Positions 12,974-22,859 of a DNA stretch of 36,666 nucleotides are shown one piece after another; positions within the stretch are counted from its first letter, which is position 1, and each line of letters starts with the position of its first letter. Both the position numbers and the translations under genes were made by a program. The DNA is from Psammoneis japonica (Eukaryota), in assembly GCA_008632985.1 (NCBI GenBank), contig QPGO01000029.1:632874-669539 (forward strand), given 5' to 3'. The notes under the pieces were generated by a model, which saw only the letters and a program-made list of their open reading frames with translations, had not been told where the DNA came from and made no database searches.

Positions 12974-13704
12974 TGCTCGGATGTTCACGTTTAGACCAAC
13001 TGCGCAGCCTAGATTGAGTCAAAGCATTTTTATTTCAAATTTGTTGAAACCAAAGGTTTGGGTAGAGCATACAGCAAAGGCACAGGTTGGTGCTCTCCTG
13101 GTTTTGATTGAGACAGTTTGCTCCAAGAGACTTCCTCCTGAAAAGCCGCTTGCTGAAACTCTAGCAACACACCTTTGAAATCCAACAGAATGTGAGAAAG
13201 AGAAGCAGGGACAAGATAAAAACACTGACAGAGCTCAAAAATCTGATCTTGAACAAAGTGCTGCTCTCTGGGAATGTCGCGCTTGTTGTTCATGACAGAC
13301 GGCAGGGTTGGAAAACCAAGCAAGGAGGTGGCACTGGGGCAGAGCAGTGTCAGATGGAGAATTCACAATTTGTGGCACATGCATGCCAGAGTCAGCTGCT
13401 GCTGGAAGCAGGTTGCTGCCAGCTGCTTCTTGTCAATTTTGTGGAGGTTGTCACACGCCACTTTCTCAATCAAATGGCACAGGCAGGCAAAGTGTTGCGC
13501 CACATGTCACCTGCCTTGGCACCGCTGTTTTTTTTTTGCTGCTCTCAGCCCCTCCAGACTGCATGGCTGGCCTCTCTTTTTCATCATCACAGGCTTTAGA
13601 AACAAGTTTTTGTGCTCCTCCCACTGGCCACAACTTTCTTTTTGCTGTCATGTCGGCGCTCTCAGGCACAGTCAGTCTCATCTTGTCTTTTTTGTGTGTG
13701 GTCG

Positions 13705-13728
13705 TCTCTCTCTCTCTCTCTCTCTCTC
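13705..13728. repeat. (TC)12 microsatellite
   Basis: Direct reading. Confidence 0.95.
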
Positions 13729-14633
13729 TGTGCACTTGACAATTGCTGGGGACTCATCGCTGGGGAGGGCACGTGGCTGGAGGGAGGCATTTGGCTTCCT
13801 GGGCTGGCGCAACATCTTTTGCAATGCATTTGCTGGCAGAAGCTTGTTTGCATGATCAAGGCTGGTGATGGGTTGCATGGTTGGCATCTCTTTCTCATCA
13901 TTGCAGGCTTTGGAAACCTGCTTTCATCTCTTCCCCCCACTGGGTGCTGTGCTCTTTTTCTTGGTGGCGCCGTGTCATTCTCCCACTTGGGCTGGGATCT
14001 CCATCAGGTTGTGAGCCACACTTGTGCTTGGTGCAAGTGGGGCCCCTCTGCTGACCACCAACACTCTGAAAACACTCTTTGACTGCCTCATTGACAGCAA
14101 CAAAGACCGTTTTTTGCACACTCTTTCTCGTTTTTGTGGCCGCAACATCTCTGCCACAAGCCGGCAAATCTTGCGCCATCGTTGTTTGCATCCGCTGCTG
14201 TTGCTGCAGCTCTTGGCATCAACTCCACATGCGTGCTTTTGTGCATGCAAGTGCCGACACCAACAGCCCCATGTGCGCCACGGCTCACAGACCACTGCAT
14301 GACCATGGCACCGGCGAACAGCACCCGTTCCAAAACGGCAGCATCTTGGCGGGAACGCACATCATCTCTTCAAGCAGCCACAAGGCAGCAGCAATGATGC
14401 ACCACCACACTGTTCACTGGCAGAACAGTGCTCCCATTCTCAATGGGCCCGCCATTCTCCTGGTGTGTTGGGGTGTCAGTGGCGCCACATCGCTCCTGCT
14501 TGGGTTGGAGTCTCTGCCACTTTTTGCTTTTTGCCGCTGTGCAGTTGCTTGCTTCTCTTCTTGTGTTCTTGTCTGAGGACTCTGGCACACATTTTGTTGA
14601 CAACAGCAAAAGAAAAAAGATCACAAAAACAGC

Positions 14634-14640
14634 AAAAAAA
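14634..14640 (-). terminator. RNA polymerase III terminator (T7) of tRNA-Leu
   Basis: Seven T on the minus strand, 3 nt after the discriminator base. Confidence 0.8.
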
Positions 14641-14643
14641 GGT

Positions 14644-14822
14644 TGACATCGGCAGGATTTGAACCTGCGCCAACGAAGACTGCAGCCTAAATGCAGCGCC
14701 TGATCGAAATTAAGGGGCGGATGATTTGTGAGCGGATGTGAACGAGTGGTCTGGTGCGTATGTAATTAGTGGTCGTTCGGTAAGGTGATGTCACTGACCT
14801 TAGACCACTCGGCCACGATGTC
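14644..14822 (-). tRNA. trnL-UAG: tRNA-Leu(UAG); exons 14822-14799 and 14699-14644, split in the D-arm by a 99-nt insertion
   Basis: Joined exons give GACATCG TG GCCG AGTGGTCTA AGGC G CTGCA TTTAGGC TGCAG TCTTCGTTGGC GCAGG TTCAAAT CCTGC CGATGTC A (80 nt). Perfect 7-bp acceptor, 5-bp anticodon and 5-bp T stems. A box TGGCCGAGTGG, B box GGTTCAAATCC, anticodon TAG at 14689-14687, discriminator A. Confidence 0.93.
14700..14798 (-). other. 99-nt GT-AG intron-like insertion in the tRNA-Leu D-arm
   Basis: AAG|GTCAGT 5' end, GCTCAC branch-like motif about 30 nt before the 3' end, TTTCGATCAG|G 3' end. Removal restores the D-stem exactly. Confidence 0.8.
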
Positions 14823-15178
14823 GATAACGGTTGGCGTGGTTTTTTGGTATTTGATACGTAGAAAAGCGGGATTTGGCGCAATCAGCTCAAAGCGAGCGCG
14901 TCAGTCTTGAATGAGTCATCAGCCCAACCGACGTACGATCCGTCATACTGAAACTTAGTATGTAGAAGATTACGTAACGTTCATACCAGGATTTTGGAAT
15001 TTCGTATTTCGTGGCGGGAGCTTGTTTTGGCGTCATCGAAAATCCAGATCAGGTCAATCAATCAGCTTGAATGACACACTGAACAAGAGGGAGGACTAAG
15101 GACGCTCAACACTGACTTCTCTTCATAGGACTTGCATCCTTAGCTCACAATTAGAATAGAAAAACGCCCTTTTTCGCA

Positions 15179-15757
15179 ATGCGTGCCTTCCTTTTGACTT
15201 TCCTGTTTTCGGTGTTCGGTCAACTGATCCCGATAGTGTCTTGCTTCTCTGCTCCAAACGTCGAAAACGGAGCGTCAGTTGGATTCTCAAGAAGGGCTTT
15301 CTTCTCGGGTGCTTCGTCCCTTGTGGCTGCCGGGACCATTGCTACTCTTGCTCCATCTCGGGCAAATGCAGCTCCAGAGATTTTTAATACACCCGCAGGT
15401 GTCAAATACGCCGTCCTGAAGCAGCCATCGAAGAAGGGAGCTTCGCCTCTATCGGGGGATATCGTTGCGGTCGAGTACACTGGCTATCTGGCTGATGGAA
15501 CTATCTTTGACGCAACTCACTCCGAGGGAAAGAACAACGCTTTGCTCTTTCAGCTAGGATCAAACGCAGTCATTCCAGGATTGAACGATATGATCTCTCA
15601 AATGGAAGTGGGCCAAAAGGTCCAGGCGATTATCCCACCGAAATTGGCGTTTGCGGACAAGGGATTGTGCCTTGACGACGGAGAGTGCCTCATCAAGCCT
15701 GGTGCGACTCTAGTGTACGATGTTCTCTTGAAGAAGAGTTCCATTTCCCCTCCATAA
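15179..15757 (+). CDS. FKBP-type peptidyl-prolyl isomerase, predicted thylakoid lumen
   Basis: GDIVAVEYTGYLADGTIFD, VIPGL, IPPKLAF, IKPGATLVYDV. Signal peptide plus SCF, twin-arginine SRRAF and ANA cleavage motif. Confidence 0.92.
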   Translation: MRAFLLTFLFSVFGQLIPIVSCFSAPNVENGASVGFSRRAFFSGASSLVAAGTIATLAPSRANAAPEIFNTPAGVKYAVLKQPSKKGASPLSGDIVAVEYTGYLADGTIFDATHSEGKNNALLFQLGSNAVIPGLNDMISQMEVGQKVQAIIPPKLAFADKGLCLDDGECLIKPGATLVYDVLLKKSSISPP

Positions 15758-15945
15758 AAGGATTGTAGTGTGTCCAGCTATCAACTTCTGTTGCTAGAGG
15801 CGGATGACGAATAGTAATAATGGCCGCTTGAAGTTGAGTATTGTAATATTATTATAACCATACTGAGAATGCCAAAAAGTCATTGATTCCTTTTCTTTCT
15901 TAGCTTTGATTTTCCTTGTGTGGCTTCTATGGCTCTACTCTATCT

Positions 15946-18370
15946 TTACCAGCTGCCATGCTCGATACTAGGCTGTCGCTGGCGTTTGAGTACCTCGGTT
16001 CGAACCTCCCGGTGCGTCGACACGACACGCGGCGTATTCATAGCTTTTTCGTTTGCGCGAACAAGAGATCTAGATGGCGACAAGCTCATGTCTTGAAATC
16101 CCATTGTGCTGTCATCAGATTCTGGTGTTCCATTGTGGCTTTCCATAACGCTCTCATCGTCCGATAATGCGTCGCCGTCTAGGCTTTCCTCATCACTACT
16201 ATCGTCATTTTGAATGGGAACCACGTCATTCAAAGCATCGGGTTCCTCGATGCATCCCTCCCATTCTCTATAAAAGGAAAAATAAACCCATGCGATTGTC
16301 GCAGCAGGTACGGATCAAAGGGAAAAAACGAGTCCAAGGGATTTTACCACCGCCGAGTCCTCCCACGCCTTGAGCTCTTCGCTTCATGTCCAACGTGGCG
16401 GTCGTCGTAATGAGGGTGGCCTTTGACTTTTTTCGTAGTAAAGAAGTCATGCTTCGATCTTCCACAACAAGCTTGTCCAAAAGCTTGGGACTTAGCAGAT
16501 GGAACACGTGCGATACATGAAGAAATTCCCCGCGCACACTCTCCAAACAATATCGAAGTGGATCAAGATTATGGCGGCAAATTCTCTCCCATCTCTGTGG
16601 AGATATATCGACACAGAGTGGGTCAACCTTGACCGAGCCATCATCGTCCGTCATGGTATCCATAACATTGGATGAGTCGTCCCTCTCCACGACGGATTTG
16701 TAAAATTGAACAGCATCGCTTCCACGAAAGCACATAATGTAAAACTCAGCCTGACAGATGGTATAAAACAAGGGATGCGTGTCGCATTGTTCACGAGCGT
16801 CCGTGTGCTGTTGCTGCTGAATAGCCATTCCAGCCATGGAATCCAAATAGGCTTCACTCCAACGCAAAAGGGCGCAAAGACTCTCACAAACCGTTTCCGT
16901 GCAGACGTAGGAAGCCCTACTGACAAAGGAAGCCAAGTAGCATGCCGCACTCTGTCTCGTCACGGTGGCGCGATAACTGTCAAAGACAATCTCAATCAAC
17001 TTGGAGCAAAAGTCTCGATAGAGACCCTCCGAATCATGATGATGCGACGTTGTAACTGCTGCGCCGTCTACTACAAGTCTGCCGTCTGGAGATGAAGCAG
17101 AAGTATTAATACCCTTGACATCAAGTCCACAGACGTAGAAAATGACAAATTGAACAAATTTGGATCGGTGCGTTGTCAATACGGACGATTCAAATACGGG
17201 AGAAAGCATGGCAAAGATCAAGCTTGGTCGAAACGTTCCGTCTTGAGCCGACTCGTAAATGTGCTCAAAAAGAATATGCATCAGGCAATCCAACTTTGTT
17301 TGATCATATACCAAAACAAGAGAGAAAATGAGAGAATTAGACAAAAGAAATGCGTTCATTGAAATGATGGATCTTGTTCCGTTCACAATGCGTTACCTTA
17401 TCAGCCATCTCATCCACTTTTTTCTCAACGACATCCTTGTTTCGTGTTGGTCCGCCGACAATTCCAGGTCAAACACATCATGCTCGTCCGTCATTTCTTC
17501 TTCCATCGACACTTGACCTCCATCATCAATTTTGATTTCAACATCCATTTCAAGATACTTGTCAATGAGCAATTCCAAGATACTCCCATGTACGGAGGGA
17601 ACGTACTTGGCAACACGCAAACATTGTCGTGTATACCATTCCAATTCTTCTTTTGGTTTGTTGCGAAAGGGAAAGTGTGATGCCAGTACGGGAAAGACAT
17701 TGCCCATGGGAACGAGGCGTAGCAGGGTGGCAAGTGTCGCGTGCAATCGTGCTGTGCGTTCTTGTCCGCCTATAGTGGTGGTGGTTAACAGTTTCCATAT
17801 AGCATTCAATGCCGGAGTCAAAAAGACCGAATTGGCGCTCACCAAGGCCACGACCAAGTGTAAATGAGCCGTGGAGAGAGAATAGTCTTTGTACAGAGAC
17901 AAATCGTTCTTGTTGTTGCTGCTGTTGTTGGACGGTACTTTAGACTGTGGCGGTTCAAAGGGGTCCATTCGAAATATCAAGTGCACCAGCTGAGCATGTC
18001 GTTTGGGATCCCGCGTCAAATTGTTGAGCGTCGATCCAGCCGTGCGAAGCGCCACGAGCACTTTGAGAAGCATGGGAGGGTCGTCCCTCTTTCGAAGACA
18101 ATCCTGAATGGCACGATACCCCTGAGGCGGTCTGGTGTTTTCGGGATAGCACACGGCGCTCATGACAAATGCCTTGACGGGTTCGAGCTCTTGTGGCGAC
18201 AGCGCTTGGCACGGCGGGAGTACCATCATTGGCATGTTTGATGATGATTCGTCTACTAATGATTCAGACGCCTGATTTTCGGCTTGAGCATCCAACGAAG
18301 ACGTTCCTTCCTGATCCATTGACTCGGAAAAGTGCACACCGGGTGCACCTACCGTGGGCACCGCCATCAT
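15946..18370 (-). CDS. RRN3: RNA polymerase I initiation factor RRN3/TIF-IA; intron 17294-17396; apparent one-base losses near 17441, 16345 and 16272
   Basis: LEMDVEI, DEMADK|LDCLM, THRSKFVQFVIFY, RQSAACYLASFVSRA, FYTICQA.FYIMCFR, LDPLRYC, NPLDSFFPFDPYLL. Confidence 0.92.
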
Positions 18371-18827
18371 GCCTCAACAATTGTTGTTGCTTCTTTGGGA
18401 CTCTAGACTTCACCTCTCTCTTTTGAGCTTCGAAGCTGTGGTGAGAGATGAGATGCGAAAAATCGATTTTGTGTGATTGATGGATGCGCGAACACTTTTG
18501 CGAACGTGGCGAGTAGGATTCCATAGATCAGGGTTCCTTTTCGTAACATAAGAAGAACACTTTCATGGAATCTTTCCTATTGAAACTCGCAACCACCAAA
18601 ACTCCCTCCGACAAAGTGGAAACAGCAGACGGCGACGACTCCTCGAGCACGACGACAACAATCATCCACCGAAACCAACCACCAAAAAGGAGACTTGTAT
18701 GACGATAGTTGTTAGTGACTGAAAGAGGCGTTCGTTTCCGAGAAAAAAGCAACTAGCGTAGCAAATTCGATTTGGAGGATCCAGACTCTGCAGTACAGTA
18801 CTTTTCCTGACTTTTTGTGATCTGAGA

Positions 18828-19850
18828 ATGCCTTCCAACAAATCATCATCATCACCGCTTATTAAGCGATACCTGCCCGTAAGACTCACGCTTCCTGGGT
18901 TGGATGGAAAAGGAACAAACGACACGTTCTTATATGTAACTGAGCATCGCGGTGCAGCACAAGAGGAATCATCATCCAAAAATTCTTCTTCAGCAACTCT
19001 CTTTGTTGCAAACGCCCCCTTTATCCCTGATGTGGATTCCAAGCTCTTGTTGCGTTTTCTCTTTGGACAATACGGCCATGTCGTTCGTGTCACCTTGATG
19101 GAAAACACACGATCATTAGAGACAAGCTCTTCACAAGTCTTATTACCGGATCCGTCCTTTTTCAAATCTATACAATCCCAAGGCAAGTTTGCACATGTCG
19201 TGTACGAGTCCAAAAATGACATGAAAAAGGCGTTGAAATGTCTTCGTAAAGTCATGACGAGTCATGATAATGATGATGAATTGCCAGGGTTGGTACTCCA
19301 GAAAACGGATATTGAAGGTCTGGAATTGGAAACCGAGCGTCAACAGAGAAATGAAGTCGACAAGGATGATGATGATGATGTAGAAGAAGAATCGCATAAT
19401 CATGCTCCGCTTTCTGGAATTGCCGCCGTGGCGGAACGATGGAGACGTAGTCATCAAGCACTGTCTCGATCCGCATTACTCGAGGAATGCAATGCCGTCA
19501 TGGAGGCCTTTGAAGACGCCGAGGACGCGGAACGTCGTCGTCAAGCCAGTAGTGACGAACCCGATGACGATGGCTTTGTGACTGTTTCGTATAATAATAC
19601 ATCCCAACAATCCAATGACAAGAAGCGAGAGCTCGGCGAAACAACCGTGGACGTTGGTAGGAGACGGGCCGCGAAACGAAGTCGGAAAAAGAAGGAAGGT
19701 ATCGGAGCAAAGGAACTTCCCGATTTTTATCGATTCCAAATGAAGCAAAGTCGAATGAAAAACTTGCAAGATTTGAGAAAGCGATTCGAAGAGGATCTTG
19801 CCAAGGTGAAAAAGATACAGGAAAGCCGACAGTACAAGCCATTCTCATGA
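18828..19850 (+). CDS. RRP7: Ribosomal RNA-processing protein 7
   Basis: N-terminal RRM-like TLFVANAP. PDDDGFVTV. KELPDFYRFQ...LRKRFEEDLAKV...YKPF C-terminus. Confidence 0.93.
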   Translation: MPSNKSSSSPLIKRYLPVRLTLPGLDGKGTNDTFLYVTEHRGAAQEESSSKNSSSATLFVANAPFIPDVDSKLLLRFLFGQYGHVVRVTLMENTRSLETSSSQVLLPDPSFFKSIQSQGKFAHVVYESKNDMKKALKCLRKVMTSHDNDDELPGLVLQKTDIEGLELETERQQRNEVDKDDDDDVEEESHNHAPLSGIAAVAERWRRSHQALSRSALLEECNAVMEAFEDAEDAERRRQASSDEPDDDGFVTVSYNNTSQQSNDKKRELGETTVDVGRRRAAKRSRKKKEGIGAKELPDFYRFQMKQSRMKNLQDLRKRFEEDLAKVKKIQESRQYKPFS

Positions 19851-20157
19851 GTCGGCTTGTTGATTAATTGAAAGGTAATCATGCTTGAGACTTTATCTTG
19901 CTACTGTAAATGATTCTTTCGCTTTGATCTGAAATACAAGTTGTGGTCGAGTGTATTTGAACTATGGTTCTCAAAGCCGACGAGATGCTTCGTTTTCCTC
20001 ATTTAGATGCAGACCCTCATCAGGCGTGATATCACATTTCGCAAGGTACATATTCTATGAAGTGCTAGTCGAGTCTGTTTTTATCTATCATCGTTCAACC
20101 ACAAAACGCATTCGTTTCACTCTAAGAGTACTGGCAATGCGTCCTTACGTTACAACA

Positions 20158-21906
20158 CTACGATGGGGGCGGCGGTGGAGGCATTGGAGGAGGAGGGGCC
20201 GTGGGTTGAAGACCGCTGCCACTCATGCCACCCATGACAAAACCAAAACCTTCAGCTTCTTCGTTCTCGTCCTCTGTAATGGGTGGGCCATACGAGGCCC
20301 CAATCTTGATTGACGTTTCAGGAACAACAAGCGGCTCATCTGGAGGCGGGGCAGCCATGATGCCTGGAGCCTCACCAAACGTTGAGCTACCCATTCCATC
20401 CGTCGATGGTACAGACATTGTACCAGCAATTCCATTCAATGATGACACAGCTGGTGCATGAGGCGTGGTACTAGTGGTTGGCATGGCTGCACCACCCAGC
20501 GACATATTGCTTGTTCCTCCGGCAACAGTAGTCCCGGACGATGCACCACTCAAGATCCGCTTCATTGCATCATCCGCAGAACCACCCGGTGGTGCTGCAT
20601 TGGAATAGCTACTTTGGACCAAATCATCCAATGCAGCAAATCTCGAACTATTGGAACCCATGATTGGTTTCTTTGCAGCAGCCATTGTGTTTAGAGATCC
20701 GTTGGGAAGGGGAGGCGGAGGATTCATTGCGCTTCTGCTGCTGTTGGTGCCCTTGGTCTCCATTGTAGTCTTATCATTGCTAACTGCCAAAGGATCCAGT
20801 GTGAGGGTATTCAACATGTTGTTAGCCTCGCCAATTGAGGAGGATTCTACTGCAGATGGTTGGGTCATTCCAAGAAGATCGTCAGCGACTGTTGCAGGAG
20901 CTGAAGGTGTCGCAACTGGCGATGGCGGCATACCCAACAAATCAGTCACGGCTGCGGGCGCAAACGGATCGACGGCTGCTGCAGTATTGGCTTTTTTACT
21001 ATCATCATTGGTGGGAGAGGAGAAACCCATCAAATCCACCTCCTCGGCAGGTGCCTTCTGACTCGGAGAACTCATGTCTAGGAGATCCGCACTGGTTATT
21101 GTCGGGGCGGCTTCTTGAGAGAGCCCATGTTGCCCCGGTGGGTTGTAGCCAGTGGGTAAACCGTCATCTGTAAATCGTTTCTTCTCTCTTTTCGCGGCAG
21201 CGAGCATTTCTTCTACTCCGTGAGCTGCTCCAACCACGGACTTTCCGTCTTTAGCCTGATAACCTCCACCGAACCCTCCATCCGCTTTGGCAAGATTGCT
21301 TTTTGTTCGTCGACCGAGCTCTTCATCAATTCGTCTTTGAAGCATCACATGTCGTACTTCATCACTCACAAATGCAGCTTTTGAATCGCCAACGGGAACC
21401 AGACTGTTTGGATCAGCCTTGGTATGTCTCAAAAGCTGAAGCTGCTCCTTACTTTGCATTAATCGTGCAACTTCATTTGCCGCTTCTCGGACTGGCAGAC
21501 CCCTGTCGACACCCCCGCCTTTGACTCGTTGCCACCAAGCATCAGGAGTTCCTCGTTGTTGAGCCAAGAGAACCGTGTTGAATTCTGCAATGCAGTCACG
21601 TGTCTACCCAGAGGCCAAAACGTCCGAACAAAGTCGTCCGAGCCGTACACGAGCAGTGCTTGGAAATGACCAACGATTTTTGGAGACACAACGGAGAGTG
21701 ATTGAGCGGATCTGCCATCATTTTATCGAGGATTCGACGACTTGATCGCATACTTCGCCGCCATAGGTCAAGGAAGCAATCTGATTCAGCTGAAAGGATG
21801 TCAGCAGCTGAACGTTCTCGTCGACCAGCAGCTTTACAAACTTTTTCTCTGTTTCTGTTCCCTCCACACCAACAATTCCCACTGTTGATAACCAGGACTG
21901 AAACAT
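20158..21906 (-). CDS. ENTH-domain (epsin-like) protein with a long low-complexity Pro/Ser/Ala tail; three apparent one-base losses in 21585-21735
   Basis: LNQIASLTY, QKSLVISKH.LVYGSDDF, VDRGLPVREAANEVARLM fit the ENTH pattern. The tail has DLL/DPF adaptor-like motifs. Confidence 0.7.
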
Positions 21907-22203
21907 GGTATCCAACAGAGACTACAGAGAGAAAGAACAGGTCGCTGAGTGATATAAAGTACTAGCTAGTGAGTTGTGTTCGCGTCGTTTGATGATTGGG
22001 CTGGCTTTTTTTTGGCTTCTCGCGGTCATTTTGAATTTTTCATTTTGCGCATTTTTTTACTTTTTACGTGTTAGCAATCAGGAATGGACGGACGGACTGT
22101 ATGATCGCCTAACAGGGTGTATGTCGCGTCGCGTGCGAAAGCGCGCTAATGTCGCTGCAAGGGGGTAACGTTGCGATGACGGGAACGGTGTTGCGAACGT
22201 TTC

Positions 22204-22286
22204 ACCTAGCATTTTTTGGGATAGAACCTGGCATTTTTTGGGGTAACCTGGCATTTTTTGGGGTAGAACCTGGCATTTTTTGGGGT
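22204..22286. repeat. Minisatellite, 4 x 20-22 bp (acctggcattttttggggta[ga])
   Basis: Units begin at 22204, 22226, 22246 and 22268. Confidence 0.95.
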
Positions 22287-22859
22287 GGTCGTGGTTCACG
22301 ACTCCACTTAAGCGTTGATCGCTTTTGCAAGAAGCATCCCTTGAGGGAGCGAGCATGAAAATAGCCGTACGTCTCGCTCCAACTTTGACGCTTTCCAAGG
22401 CTTGGCGCAAATCTTTGGACGACTCATATCGTGCAACTCCTGAATTCAAAATCTGGTCCGGCGACTACGTTCTTTCCGATGCCTGGCAGGCCTATCCAAT
22501 CGCTCCAAGAAAGCCCTGGGCGACACGTCTTCTGGCCCAACGTGTCGTTCTAAAGGTGCAATTATGTTGGCAAGCTCAAGCCTGTCAATGCAAGTGCTTT
22601 GTACGGTAGCTCACATGCGCGATTCATTGCCGCAATTCCGTTAAGTAGACTAATCAACATGAGAAATACTAATACGTGGTTAGTAGACGGTTTCGTAGTA
22701 ATTGCCTGAACAGAGGACGGAGTCGGCAACAACGAATGGCCTGAATAGGGTGGCAATTTTCGGCAAGAAGATTGATATGGTTAAATCGGATCCGCCAAAA
22801 TTTCGAAGAACAAGCGGGTCCTGGTAACAAAATTAAAACAACGGGCATCAGTCAAATCA

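Larger units (their letters stand above)
13070..14640. repeat. Degenerate repeat-derived block, TpA almost absent, CpG partly retained; family not identified
   Basis: No TA seen by eye from ~13600 to 14640. Internal diverged repeat 13561-13630 / 13876-13948. Tyr-free spurious ORFs. Confidence 0.7.

Noticed and set aside
14700..14798. Canonical TSEN-type tRNA intron
   Set aside because: The anticodon arm is uninterrupted, the insertion is in the D-arm, and no bulge-helix-bulge pairing is evident by eye. A relaxed BHB cannot be fully excluded.
18662..19255. 197-aa antisense ORF over RRP7, and similar shadow ORFs over other genes
   Set aside because: Antisense to recognisable genes with no motifs of their own.
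22095..22145. Hammerhead ribozyme or telomerase RNA template (ctgtatga...gaaa; cctaac)
   Set aside because: The core does not match CUGANGA with the required stems, and the CCTAAC match is too short for a template.
22204..22286. Possible CRISPR-like array
   Set aside because: Units are contiguous with no unique spacers, in a eukaryotic context with no cas genes. It is a minisatellite.
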